Shown: piece after piece, positions 1 through 13,475 of the stretch
How positions within the stretch are numbered: position 1 is the stretch's first letter
How the letters are laid out: every line of letters begins with the position of its first letter
Origin: Octopus vulgaris
Lineage: Eukaryota
Assembly (NCBI GenBank): GCA_951406725.2
Contig: OX597821.1
Location: 1,488,001-1,552,000, forward strand
Direction: 5' to 3'
DNA length: 64,000 nt
Made by a program: the position numbers and the translations under genes
Notes under the pieces: generated by a model
Told to the model about the DNA's origin: nothing
What the model saw: the letters and a program-made list of their open reading frames with translations, nothing else
Database searches by the model: none

Positions 1-1022
1 ACAGACGGCTAATGTTTTGTCTTTCAGTATCAAATGATAACAAGAGACATTTAGCTTCAATATGCACAGATATTCTATTATTGTATCTCTGTTTTTGCCT
101 CATACCAATTATAGATTCTCCATTGATTAATCAGCAACAATCATCAGCAAGCCAACATACAAACCAACAGTTTCATTCCCATGACAGTTCGTGTAGTAAC
201 CATGACTATAAAATGTCGTCTCTTTTGTTGAATGCGATTTCAGACAAAATTTAACTACTGTCATTGTGTCTTATCTTCGTTTCTTGTTGAGCTCGAGTAT
301 CATTTCTAAATGCATCAACGTAATAAATAAATGAAATTTTCGCATTAGTTTGGAGAAGCACTTTTTACTTTCCTATTTGCAAAGTGGTAAATCGCTATAA
401 AGACACTTATCCTATCTACGTTTTCTTACAAAAGGAATGTATTATGGCGTCCACTCATGTGGAAACAGAAGCGCCATCTTTTCGTTATGATGTCTTTGTC
501 CGAAGGACGGCCTTTTTGTCTTTAAGAGAAGAGTCTGGATAGTTTGTAACCTCTTCAATTGTCGACAGTAAATACCATACATATTTCTCCGAACAAATTT
601 AAAGTATTCTAAATAATTCGGTTCCAATCCATTCTCTTGTTGACATTTACGTAAATGTCAGTTATTTTATCAATGATTTCCAGAGAATAAATTTAGATAT
701 TTTATTCTCCATTGCGGGAATATGAACAGATTATTCACCGACTTTTATAATGTTGACATTCTTTATATAAGGTGTCGATGGTAGAGTATATATATCTAGC
801 AGCCACTTAGTTAAGCACATCTTCTTGTCATATATGTGGTTGAAAGACATCGATAGAACTGTATCAAATTACAACTGTCATCAAATATTTGATTTTGACG
901 GCAGCCATTTTGTTGTGTACATTCATAGCATATCATTTGATTATCACAGAAAATAGTCGGCACTTATCTGATAAAAGTAGGCTTTGTTCTTAGTGGATAT
1001 ATTGGTAGTGTAGTGTAAAGAT

Positions 1023-1080
<58 letters not shown>

Positions 1081-1226
1081 TGTGTGTGTGTATGTGTGAG
1101 AGAGAGATGGGAAGAGAAAGAGAGAGAAACGGTGATGGAGAGAGACAGAAAAACACACACATACATATACACATATTGATACACTGGGGTGTATGTATGA
1201 ACACGTGTATAATGTGTACGAGCGTA

Positions 1227-1257
<31 letters not shown>

Positions 1258-1816
1258 TGCGGACGTAAGCATGTTTTTGAGTAGACAGTCTACAAAAAGA
1301 TAGCAAAACACGTTATACACATTTCATTCGTGATTTGAGATCCTCTTTCTTCCTAATCTGAATATATCCACACATAAAACATACATACATACATACATAT
1401 ATACATACAATACATACATACATACATACATACATACATACATACATACATACATACATTCATACATACATACAATACATGATATACGTACACACATGGG
1501 TACACACACAATATTGTAAAATAAGGATTCAAATAGAATCAGGTCCTTGAAATGATATGCGCCTGCTAGGGTTGGATAAACCTGTGGTTCTGGTCCAAGG
1601 CTGGTAATTATCTAATAGGATATTCAGTTTGTGTAGACAGAGAGCACGCGTTACATTGAATTGTACGTTGTTGGTATACTCTAGGGGGTCTGACAAGTCG
1701 TTAATATCCTTGGTGTTCCTTCCTTCTTTCTTTCCTTTCTTGAGCGTCCAATAACACTATACTTGTTCCACGTCCTCGCGTTGTTGCGTTTTCTCTTTGT
1801 GTTTTCATGTTTGGAT

Positions 1817-1899
<83 letters not shown>

Positions 1900-1902
1900 A
1901 TG

Positions 1903-1976
<74 letters not shown>

Positions 1977-2134
1977 GGTATCAAGTTAGAGGGGTTTAAT
2001 GCCTCTAAGGGATAATTAAATCCAGAGTGATTCCTGGCTATTAGCTGTGCAGGTGCAGTCTTTTGTAAGGTTGTACGGTAGCAAGTGGTTCGGTTGGTAA
2101 ACCGGAGTTTAGGTTATATAGGAGAAGAAAACGG

Positions 2135-2228
2135 ATAAAATAACGATAGGAAACTTGTGGTTTACACTGGTATGGCTTTAATTAAAGACATACCAGCATA
2201 AACCACGAGTTTCTCATTGTTATTTTAT
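2135..2228. repeat. Imperfect ~47-bp-arm palindrome next to a (TA)n tract
   Basis: ataaaataacgataggaaacttgtggtttacactggtatgg-CTTTAATTAAAG-acataccagcataaaccacgagtttctcattgttattttat; the arms are reverse complements with scattered mismatches. Confidence 0.8.
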
Positions 2229-2237
2229 TGATTATAT

Positions 2238-2310
<73 letters not shown>

Positions 2311-3414
2311 TACATACATACATACATACATACATACATGCATACATACATATATATGTATATATACATATGTTGTGTGTGTGTATGTCATCGTACATAA
2401 TGTGCACATATACATGCGTGGGTGTGTATTTGTCACACTGTTCCGATACACCATTATAAAATGGTGGTTCAAGTTACGTATCTTTGTCTCAAATTATAAC
2501 TTAGCCATTTGATAAACAGATCCCGATAAAAACAATGAAGCAGAGGGAAATAAATGCTGAAATCTATCTATATGATCGATCGAAACACTTACAGGTGGCG
2601 TTCCAACGTGGCATCCGTCCAATAAAAGACAAGAGTAAAACAATAGCTGAATAAAGCAACAATCATTTATTCCATTCGAACAAAGTTGTTACATGTAAAA
2701 TTGCCATAAAATAGAAACACAGATTTATGTGCAGTTGTGTGTGGAAGACATTTCTTTATTTTTGTGTAATTATAATATCAATGATTTCTTAATGCTCTCC
2801 TCTTTACTCATATATTCTAAAGTCAATGCATAAAAAGGAATTACGGCTGTAGAAATAAACATATTGACTGTTACTTCCTGAATATAATTATTTTTACTCT
2901 GAAGAAATTGAAGGAATGTTGTACAGATAAATGTTGCAACCGATAAATCTTCATTTACTTTGCCAACATTATCTGTATCTCTGACTAAGATGCATTAGTA
3001 ACTGATATGAATGTCTACAGTAAGCTTCCAACTAGTTACAAACATGAAGTTGAAAAACAGACATCAAAAATATATACACTAAAAATCTGATTTGTAAAAT
3101 GCCAATTCGACAATATCTAAGAAATTAGTGTTATTATTTCGTGTTTGTCTTAAATCTTTCTATTATATATCAAATTGTTCAAACAACCAGGAATTTGAGA
3201 ACCTGGGATTGTTAATTGTGACACTCAAAAATATTGTAAACTGCAAAAGAGTGTTAACAAACTTTTGCAGAAAATATGTAATAGAAGAGAACCTTTGTCA
3301 TCGATTCATATTTATGCGATGAATGTGATAAAATACTTGGGTTGTCAGATACTGTTTTCTGTATAAGAACAGAAGTTAACGTCTAGTTCTAAATGAGTGA
3401 AGCAGTATTTATCG

Positions 3415-3454
3415 CTGAGAGGGCAATGTAACGCCGAAACACTGTGTCGTGTAG
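3415..3454 (+). ncRNA. Degenerate type I hammerhead-like motif
   Basis: CTGA-GA g GGC aatgtaac GCC GAAA CAC t GTG TC: stems II and III and a GUC triplet are present, N7 is missing and stem I is poor. Confidence 0.4.
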
Positions 3455-3842
3455 TCTGCTGACTGTACTTGCAGGCTGGTGTGTGAGTGTTTTTTTTTAC
3501 TTCATAGATAACAGAGATAACATTCCACAGTGAATTCTATTTTCTTTCTAGTGCGCATGAAAGTGTTAAACATAAACGTACACATTATTTTGATCGTCGG
3601 TGTTTCGTGCGTTTATGCTTGATTATCTCCAGCATGGCAAGCCTCATCACCCTGCAGAAAATATTTTGTTTCGTTGTTTTCTGTACAGGATCAGAAGTTT
3701 CAATCTAGTCACAAACGATTGAAGTGGGTTTGAAGACTGAAGAGGCAAAATCACTTCGAATCACCTTGTCTGGTATGCATCAGACTACTAGACAAGATGA
3801 TTCGACATATGCCTTTGTACTGTAAGTCCATTGAGTGAGATT

Positions 3843-4160
3843 GCGTGGCTTAGTGGTTAGGGCATTCGGCTCATGATCGTAAGGTTGTGAGTTCGATTCC
3901 CGGCGACGCATTGTGTCCTTGAGCAAGACACTTTATTTCGCGTTGCTCCAGTCCACTCAGCTGACAAAAATGTGTAATACCTCTATTTCAAAAAAAGAGC
4001 CAGCCTTGTCACACTCTGTGTCACACTGAAACCCTTGCGAAATACGTTAAGAGTACACATGCCTGTGGAATTCTCAGTCACTTGCACGTTAATTTCTCGA
4101 GCAAGCTGTTCCGTTGATCGCATCAGCTGGGACCCTCGTCATAGTAACCGACGGACTGCT
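3843..4160 (+). mobile_element. tRNA-derived SINE (family C tail, CORE-like gtgtccttgagcaagacac middle)
   Basis: A box tggcttagtggtt, B box gttcgattcc; the tail cagccttgtcac...taaccgacgga is shared with 27860-28238 and 21965-22290. Confidence 0.85.
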
Positions 4161-4771
4161 CCTATAAGTCCAAAGAGATAAACTTTTTTGCGATGCCAAA
4201 TTCTGCTGCTAATGCCTTTCTCCTAGTATGCAGGAATATACACATTATTGATAGTTTTATACAATAGTTATTCAGCACCACCATACTAACTTTCCTAGCA
4301 AATGGATTGGCTCAGCACACTTCCATTGCGTATCCGAAAAGAAAACACCCTACGCGGTCTCACGATAAGCAATAAACAGAATTTATATTACTCATCACGT
4401 TCTACTGTCTTAAAATTAAATATCTAGAATTAGCAAAAGTAATTTTAGATATACAGAAATAAAAAAAAAATATTGGCCAAGAATGAAATGTTTTAAACAA
4501 TAGTTCAATTCAAGCTGGTCTGATAAAGGGTTAAATACCAAGAATGATGACATCGGAATTCACACATCTGGCTCACTTTAGATATTTCTGTAATCTCGCT
4601 ATTGTCATAGGCGCAGGCGTGGCTGCGTGTTAAGAAGCTTGCTTCCCAAATACATGGTTCCGGGTTCAGTCCTACTGTATGGCACCTTGGGCAAGTGTCT
4701 TCTACTATAGTCTCGGGCCGATCGAAGCCTTTTGAGTGGATTTGGTATACGGAAACTGAAAGAAGCCCATC

Positions 4772-4804
<33 letters not shown>

Positions 4805-4809
<5 letters not shown>

Positions 4810-5383
4810 ATAATAATGCAATACGAAAGTATTGCTTTCCAGTAAAATTATACATATAAAAGTAAATAAATGGTACAAGGCACCGATATTTACTGGAAAA
4901 TAGCAATCGTAATAAATACGACGTTTGTGTGCAACAAACATGAAAAAATTTTGTCTTACCTCTGGGAAGAACATCTCAAAAATGGAAAACCTAGAAACGG
5001 ATAATGCAGGACCGGTTTCTGACTCTTCAAATACGTTTGACAGCGTAGATTTGATTTGTCTTCATCAGCTGCATACACCTAGACAATATTTCAAATGTTG
5101 CCACATCTATGCCAGTACACTCGTCTGGCATAGATGTTTCAACATGTGAAATATTGTCCAGGCATATGCAGCTGATGAAGACAAATCAAATCTACGTTGT
5201 CAAACTATTTGAAGAGTCAGAAACCGGTCCTGCATTATCCGTTTCTAGGTTTTCCATTTTTGAGATGTTCTTCCTAGAGGTAAGACAAAATTTTTTCATG
5301 TTTGTTGCACACAAACGTCGTATTTATTACGATTGCTATTTTCCAGTAATATCGGTGCCTTGTTGTAGCATTTATTTACTTTC

Positions 5384-5390
<7 letters not shown>
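4805..5390. mobile_element. Fold-back Penelope-like non-autonomous element (arms 4851-5115 and 5125-5390) flanked by (TA)n
   Basis: ~265-bp inverted arms around the 9-nt loop tacactcgt; one-sided extension 4805-4850; hammerhead motif in each arm. Confidence 0.75.
5166..5235 (+). ncRNA. Type I hammerhead ribozyme motif (mirror copy on - strand at 5004-5074)
   Basis: ATGCAG CTGATGA a GAC...GTC a GAAA CCGG TC CTGCAT: 6-bp stem I, palindromic minimal stem III (ACCGGT), GUC triplet. Confidence 0.8.
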
Positions 5391-5464
<74 letters not shown>

Positions 5465-6480
5465 TACACGCACTCACACGCACACACATATACATATGCA
5501 TATCTATGGGTGTATGTCTTTGTGTCTGTGTTTTCCCTCAGCACCGCTTGACAACTGATGTTACTCTACCTAAGTCCCCCGTAAACTATCGGTTCGATAA
5601 AAGAGGTCGATAGAATAATTACTAAGCTTAAAATAAAATTAGCCCTGCGGTCGATTATTCGACTAAAACCATTAAAGACGGTGCAACATCATGGCCACAG
5701 TCAAATGACTGAAACAAATAAAAGACGAAATATTTTCTAGTCCTGCTTATTACCATATTACTTTGAAAAAGTTTTCCGTAATATCAGTTCTAGTTTACAT
5801 CCGTGTTAGGTAGATGGTATATTTGCTTTAAAAATACGAAATTAAATGACAGTTCCGTAGATCAAATCAATTATTCACTTGCACTTGTATATGAGGACAA
5901 GGGGGACTACCTAGTAACCTTGCATGTAAGTCTCCAGTTTCTAAGCCACCAATCCGTAACCAAGGCAAAATACTACTGACTTGGGTCGGCTTATCTTGGC
6001 CCGTGAACTTTTGCAGATGATGCTGGTAGAACTCAAAAAGCCGGAACAGATATAACAAGGCACCTTGTCCATTCGTCTAAATGTTCCGTTAACCCATCGT
6101 TCAACATTTTATATTATTATTAACCCAATAGAGTATAAAAGGCGAATTTGTCCTCCATGGATCTGGATCATAGGACACAGAGTCGGATCAAAAATCGCGA
6201 GGCTAGTATTCACCATTTAACAACTGCTAAATCGTCAACTTTTTCCTTTATTGTTTAGGAAGTAAAATAGGAATATTTTACCATTTTCTTTCACGTTAAC
6301 CAAGGTTTTGAAAGGTTAACAGATTTTCTTTATACTAATGATAGGGAGGTTTCCTATGTAGAAGGATGTCTGGTATTTTCAATGCTTACCTTTGATAATT
6401 CCTGATTGAATAGACTATATCAGACAATATACTCATAATGCATCACAGAGGTCATCCTCCTGATAAGAAATACGACGTGA

Positions 6481-7079
6481 AAACGGCGGCGAGCTGGTAG
6501 AAACGTTAGCACGCCGAGCGAAATGCTTAGCGGTATTTCGTCTGCGGTATTTCGTCCGCGTTACGTTCTGAGTTCAAATTCCGCCGAGGTCGACTTTGCC
6601 TTTCATCCTTTCGAGGTCGATAAATAAAGTACCAGTTTCGCACTGGGTCGATGTAATCGGCTTAATACCTATATCTGTCCTTGTTTGTCCCCTCTGTGTT
6701 TAGTCCCTTGTGGGTAGTAAATAAATAGGTATTTCGTCTGCCTCTAGGTTCTGAGTTCAAATTCCGCCGAGGTCGACTTTGCCTTTCATCCTTTCGGGGT
6801 CGATTAAATAAGTACCAGTTACGCACTGGGGTTAATCCGTTTGTCTGTCCTTGTTTGTCCTCTCTGTGTTTAGCCCCTTGTGGGTAGTAAAGAAATAGGT
6901 ATTTCGTCTGCCGTTACGTTCTGAGTTCAAATTCTGCAGAGGACGACTTTGCCTTTCATCCTTTCGGGGTCGATAAATTAAGTACCAGTTACGCACTGGG
7001 GTCAATGTAATCGACTTAAAGCCTTTGTCTATCTTTGTTTGTCCCGTCTATGTTTAGCCCCTTGTGGGCAATAAAGAAA
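6481..7079 (+). mobile_element. SINE family B trimeric tandem array (~180-bp units) with a 17-bp TSD
   Basis: Head ggcggcgagctggtagaaacgttagcacgcc; three units ggtatttcgtc...gcctttcatcctttcggggtcgat...aaagaaat; flanks taagaaatacgacRtga at 6464-6480 and 7080-7096. Confidence 0.9.
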
Positions 7080-7738
7080 TAAGAAATACGACATGATTAT
7101 CGCTATATTTATTATTATATCAATTATAAGACCAAACTATCTATGTGTATCTTCGAACCTTATGAATTAATGGGCATAATGCGAAGGAAAAGTTTACTGC
7201 TATTTCTACCAGGTTGAATAACCACACACAAAAAAAAATTTCCCTTGTCCGACCCTAAAGGTACGCTGTTCATAATGTAGATAAAATTGTACAAGTTGTT
7301 CTTAGCTCTGCTCCACAGCTAACACACTTAGAATATTATTTCAAGATGGCGAAGCCAAAATTGCAATATACTATCTCTCCATGAAAAAGAAAAAAAAATA
7401 ATAAATTGCATTTAACCAATTTAGTATATATTGTTGGTTTAGTATATTAAATATAGGAATATATTAAGTGAGATGTAGTTTAATATTTTATTAAGGGAGA
7501 CAAGCTGATGCAGTGGAGTAAGACGGAAAACTGGTGAATAGTCTTGCCCAATTTTCCACGTCACTTTACCAAATATTGAAAGTGGATTTAATTGCTTGAA
7601 AGCTGAATCTACAACTGAGAAGAGCCAATTTAATTTTAAAATTATGGTGATTTACTAAATTTACGTTTCTTTTACGCCATTTATTTTATGAAAATAGGTA
7701 TTGATAAGCCTCATGAAAATTGCTTAAGTCTTATATAC

Positions 7739-7849
<111 letters not shown>

Positions 7850-8575
7850 TCTGTGTGCATGAATATATATACGTATATCTATGTATGCATGTATATATAT
7901 ATATATATATATACATACATATATGAATACACACCCACACACAAATTTAGCAAAGGCCTATCACTTGCCGTTTAATAGCTTCACTTATTGCAATGAACAT
8001 TAGGTTCACTATCACTGTTACGAAAATTCTACACGAAAATTTTTGAACATTTTAGAAAAAATTACACTGTGCCAAAAATTAATAAGATTAGTTAGAAAAC
8101 GGTTGGGTTCATAACTTAACATATCTTATTTCGCTGCAATTTACGATAATATTCCAAAAGTTTTAAGTTATCGAACATGAAACTATATATACAGGTAAGG
8201 AATTTGATGGAAACCAGAATGATTTTGGACAAAGTTGGCCAGTTCTAGCTGCTTAGGTTTCATCTTAGATACGCTGCATCTTAAGGTGTTGAAGAAGCAG
8301 TTTCCTTTGGGTATTCGAGAGAATGTTTTTTTGTCGTTGTGTGTTCAAATCCTATCGAGACAAACTTTGAATTTAAGATTTGGGGGTCAATAAAGTCGTA
8401 TCAAGCCAAAGTGTTGGATTGCGAGCGCTGTCAGAGAGTCGGTATTTTGGATTCTGGTGGCAAAACTTGTGAAGACTTTTGTGTCAAATTGAATCGATTC
8501 TGATGAGATTGTTTTTCCTTTGGAGAAAATCGCTGGCGTCGAAACTTGCCTTCATGGTCAACTGCTAGTCTTACA

Positions 8576-8650
<75 letters not shown>

Positions 8651-8651
<1 letters not shown>

Positions 8652-9200
8652 TCTTGATGCAGTACCAGACCGTGGCACTCATGGCTTCTGATCTTAACTA
8701 ATTGGAAGTGTTATGTACATTGTTTTGTCTTGGTATAAAAGATGGCCTACAGCAAATATTCTGCTAAATACCACAGATTTGCTTGTCAGTTGTTTGACCT
8801 TAACCAGTTGAGCATGTCCCTTAGTGGCTGACGATATGTGCATCTCTGATCACGAGCAGAACTAGCGGGGGAGCATCATAGCCGTGTGTTGAGAGGAATT
8901 CTTAGAGGTTTGGATAATTCACCTTTGGAAACATGGGTGTTTCGTTCAACATCCTTAAACAATCCTTATTCAGAGACCTTTTGAGCGGGATGGGTTACTC
9001 GACCAGAAGAAAATTCTCACTGAGCCTCACCTGCAAGGTCATGCGCTGTTTATCTTGATATGAGATCACCATGTCACGCACATATGGTTGTGATGTATGT
9101 GCCTGGTGTACCCTTATCAGACAGGTAGTCATGATGGGTATACTGGGCTTCGTATATTTTTACTCCAGTGTCACTTTGATGGCATGCACTGCTCTCACTC
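8651..9200 (+). mobile_element. (TAA)n-embedded non-coding retroposon, longest copy
   Basis: Flanked on both sides by (TAA)n; homologous 5'-truncated copies at 51801-52148 and 54096-54458 share its 3' end. Confidence 0.8.
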
Positions 9201-9518
<318 letters not shown>

Positions 9519-9519
9519 C

Positions 9520-10885
9520 GTCCCCTAGATCTTCGTACGCATATGCAAACAGATGACCAACTGTGAGCGACATCGCTTTCGGTCACCTGCATCTGTATTC
9601 ATCTTTGTTGTTATTTTAGTATTTGTCAGAACTGAAAACCCCGATTCACATTTGTTGTAGTAAATGTAAAAAACGTTTTTCCTTTTGTACATTTCTAGAT
9701 TTCTCTGGAAAATAATCAGCCAGAATACATTGATAAATTAAATGCTTTTGCTTAAATTATAATTGTCAACTGGTTCTGAAATTCAATATTGACAAAATCT
9801 TTATGCAAATAATTAATATCAGAACTAAACGGAATTTGTAGCCAATCCTAATTTTCAGTACCGTTTGTTATGATGTTGTGATTGAATTCTTTGCTCCTCT
9901 TTGATGGTTCAAGATAATATTCCGTACGTTACTGAAATTATTACCATAATCTCCTAAAAGTTGACTGATTAAGGGAAAAAATGAAAAGATGAAGTTTTAC
10001 CTTGGTTCAATTTCCGTCAGTTTTAACAACGCATTATTTTCTCCCGTACACCAATAAAATTTGATCCCGTCCTTAAAGTGAAATATTTAAGTTATCCCAT
10101 AAAGACAATCAGAAAGATGATCTAACTGAAATATCCACTTGGAATTTGAAAATATTGCAGCTAATGAAAGAATTTTTCTCGGAGAAATTAAAAAAAAAAG
10201 CGAATTCTGTTTCACTTTGTAGTGACATAGCTCGTTACACAGAAGTTGTCTTTGTCGCAATATAATCATCTGATGTTTCGATAATATAGTAGACTTTCAG
10301 ATTCAGACAGGATAGAATAATTTGTTACTGAGAGACATCCTCTTTATAAAGTTTATCCTATTCATTGATGATTGTTACTCTAAAATTCAATATCAGTAGT
10401 AAAATATTTGAATGAAGACTGAGGGAAATTCAGAAAGAGCGTGGACTGGCTTCGTGTCAAATTGAAAGCTTCCACGAATACTCTGAATCATTAATTCCAG
10501 TTTAATCTCAGTTTATTTGAAAAAGAGTCTCCCAGTTCCAACATATTCATGTTCCGTACTTTAAGTAGCAAATGGGTTTGGAGAATAAAATATCTTCTAT
10601 GGATTCTTCACTGGGGTGTCACGCATAATTTATAGGTTGGACATCTTCACTCACATCAACCAACCCATCTAGTTGAATATTAAATACTTCGCTTAATTTT
10701 ATTGCGGAAATCCATTTAAATTTCGAAAATCTCTCAGATTATCGCTCGCACAGCTATGGACCATTTAATTTGACAATGGAATTCCCTCACTTCTTTAGCA
10801 ACGTCATCTCTACGTTTAAATGCAGAACACGTTAATGTTTGCAGGTCTCCTTGCCAATTCTTTTAGATTCCCTTGATGTTTCTAT
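9520..10885 (-). pseudogene. Decayed hAT (Charlie/Buster, ZBED5/SCAND3-like) transposase
   Basis: Minus-strand fragments in the expected order, with many stops and frameshifts: GIPLSN, ISAIKLSEVFNIQLD..DVS, EDILFSKP, LAAIFSNSKWIFQLDHLSD, FTTT-CESGFSVL. Confidence 0.8.
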
Positions 10886-11253
10886 TCAAAGTATATATAT
10901 ATCTATAATCAAATCAGATAAATGAACCATAAAATTAAAAATAACTAACAACACGAGGATGTGCACAAGGAATTTATTACTTTGACATTCAGTAAAAAGG
11001 GACAGGTTTTGACATTTCCAGCATGGCTCTTCGTCGGAAAAGAAAATGGGGAAGGACCAAATAAGGAAAAAATATATATGTGTGTGCGTGTGTGTGTGTG
11101 TATGTATAAAACGCCATTTTGGTTTTGAATAGAAAATATAGCATTGCAATTCGAACGAACCAGCTGTTTCAGTTTGGCAGATTCTTTCTTTGTTTCAACT
11201 GCATGGAAAAGCATTTGTTAGTGTGGTACGCGACAAAAATAAAGTCATAAATA

Positions 11254-11684
11254 CAGGCGTGGATGTGTGGTAAGACGTTTGCTTTCCAATTAAAGGGGTC
11301 CGGGTTCAGTACCACTGCGTGGCATCTTGGGCAAGTGTCTTCTGCTATAGCCTCAGGCTGACCAAAGCCTTGTGAGCGGATCTGGTAGACGCAAACTGAA
11401 AGAAGGTCATCATATATATATATGTATATATTTCTTTTTTTCTTTATTTCTTTTACTTGTTTCAGACATTTGACTGTGGCCATGCTGGAGCACCGCCTTT
11501 AGTCGAGCAAATCAACCTCAGGACTTATTCTTTGTAATCTTGTACTTATTCTATCGGTCTCTCTTGCCGGACCGCTAAGTGACGGGGACGTAAACACACT
11601 AGCAACTGTTGTCAAGCGATGTTGGGGGGACAAACACAGACACACAAACGTATACATACACCCCCCGTCATATATATATATATA

Positions 11685-11723
<39 letters not shown>

Positions 11724-12130
11724 GACAGGCTTCTTTCAGTTTCCGTCTACCAAATCCACTCACGACGCTTTGGTCGGCCCGACGCTTTGGTCGGCCCGAC
11801 GCTATAGTAGAAGACACTTGGTCAAGGTGTCACGCAGTGGGACTGAACCCGGAACCATGTGGTTGTTAAGCAAACTACTTACCGCACTGCCACTCCTGCG
11901 CCTGTAAATATTGATATATATTTGTGTGTCTCTGTTTGTCTCCCCACCAACTCTTGACAACCAATGTTGGTGTGGCTACGTACCCGTAACCAAGCAGTTC
12001 GGCAAAACAAACCGATGGATTAAGTACTAGGTTTACAAAGAATAAGTCCTGGGATCGATTTGTTTGACAAACGGTGGTGCTCCAGCATGGCCGCAGTCAA
12101 ATTGACTGAAACAAGTAAAAGAGTAAGAGA
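11254..12130 (+). mobile_element. Family A SINE with a second family A SINE (11445-11902, - strand) nested in its internal microsatellite
   Basis: + head 11254-11411, complete inverted copy, + tail 11921-12130. Confidence 0.9.
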
Positions 12131-12779
12131 AAAGAATAGAATGCAAGAATAGACGATTTCATTTGAAGATAATCTGCTAAAACATGAAAGAAGAATGCGA
12201 AAGAAAGAAGGACGAAGATGTTTACTGTTATTTCTAGTAGGTTAAGTCACCACTGAGAAACATCATCCATGTATCTTGGACGTTATTTGTATATGAAGTT
12301 GGCAAATTAAATGCATGAAAGAAATATATTTAGAAACGAAAAGATAAATACATAATTCAATTTTTTTTTAGTTGCTATGGTGTGTTCAATTTAAATGTTG
12401 GGAAATTTCCTAAGACATTAATGTTTCCAGTTTAGGGCAGCAGTAACACAAATCATCTTTAATGGGATGCTTAGTGTTTCAGGCAATATCTTTATTATAC
12501 ATTCCAATGAGATTTCATTGTTGGGGTAATAAATTAATATAAGGAAAATTACTCGAAGTCTTTTAAACAGAAGCACGGATGAGGTTAAAATCTTGAGCAT
12601 TTTTCCCTAAATACTGTTGGAGATTTCAACATTTGAAGCAATTTCTAAAACTTATAGCTGGAGAATATCTACAAGATAAATTACAATTACGATTCTGAAT
12701 AGCCGTGTTGCCCGAAAAACTTAGGTATCTTGTTCGAAGATATCTTGTGACATGCTTGATCGCTAAATCCACAAGTTTA

Positions 12780-12913
12780 TTTTCTCTTATCCCTTTCTGT
12801 TGAAGAGCATAAGCTCGAAACGTAGAAGACTTTCTCACTTTCCCGAGCGTCAAACTAATACACCTGCTTGTTCATACACCTGTCTTCGTCTCTTGTTTTT
12901 CTGTAAATTTCAA

Positions 12914-12916
<3 letters not shown>
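12780..12916 (+). mobile_element. Short element with a variant hammerhead (family D) ending in (TA)n
   Basis: CTTT CTGTTGA a GAGC ataa GCTC GAAA CG TA GAAG at 12793-12828; homologues at 23435-23570 and 29800-30058. Confidence 0.65.
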
Positions 12917-12982
<66 letters not shown>

Positions 12983-12984
<2 letters not shown>

Positions 12985-13475
12985 CTAAGTAATTAAGGGT
13001 TCAGCAACGATTTGCCTCACCACACACTGAATTTAGAAATAGCAGTCAACAAGTCTTGGCTTATTCTTTCTACTTAAAGGGAGATCCCAGTAAAACCAAA
13101 GCACAAACCACGCAGGTAAAAGAGAAAGAAATGACGAAAATCAAACCACGCAGGTAAAGAGAAAGAAATGACGAAAATCATTCTATATAACTAAATATAG
13201 AATGATTTTCGTCATTTCTTTCTTTTACCTGCGTGGTTTGTTTTTTTAAGTGCTTTGGTTTTACTGGGATCTCCATTTAAGTAGAAAGAATAAGCCAAGA
13301 CTTTTTGACTGCTATTTCTAAATTCGGTGTGTGGTGAGGCAAATCGTTGCTGAACCCTTAATTGCTTAGTATTACTTAAACCTTCCTTGAATGGGTCTTT
13401 TACATGCCGAACTCTACTTTGTGAAATTAATGATTATTTCTAAATTAATTAATTTCACCCTTTATTATTATTGAT

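Larger units (their letters stand above)
4610..5724 (+). mobile_element. tRNA-derived CORE-like SINE, family A (head 4610-4772, tail ~5510-5724), with an insertion in its internal (TA)n
   Basis: Head ggcgcaggcgtggctg...ggttcagtcc...caccttgggcaagtg; tail ...catggccacagtcaaatgactgaaacaa; more than 12 copies in the window. Confidence 0.9.

Noticed and set aside
170-930. Minus-strand coding-like sequence, including ORF 442-627
   Set aside because: Multiple stops and no motif I can recognise; may be an ancient transposon but unsupported
4851-5390. Interpreting the palindromes as MITEs or assembly artefacts
   Set aside because: Arm lengths vary between copies of one family, the extensions are one-sided and the arms have diverged; long-read confirmation is still desirable
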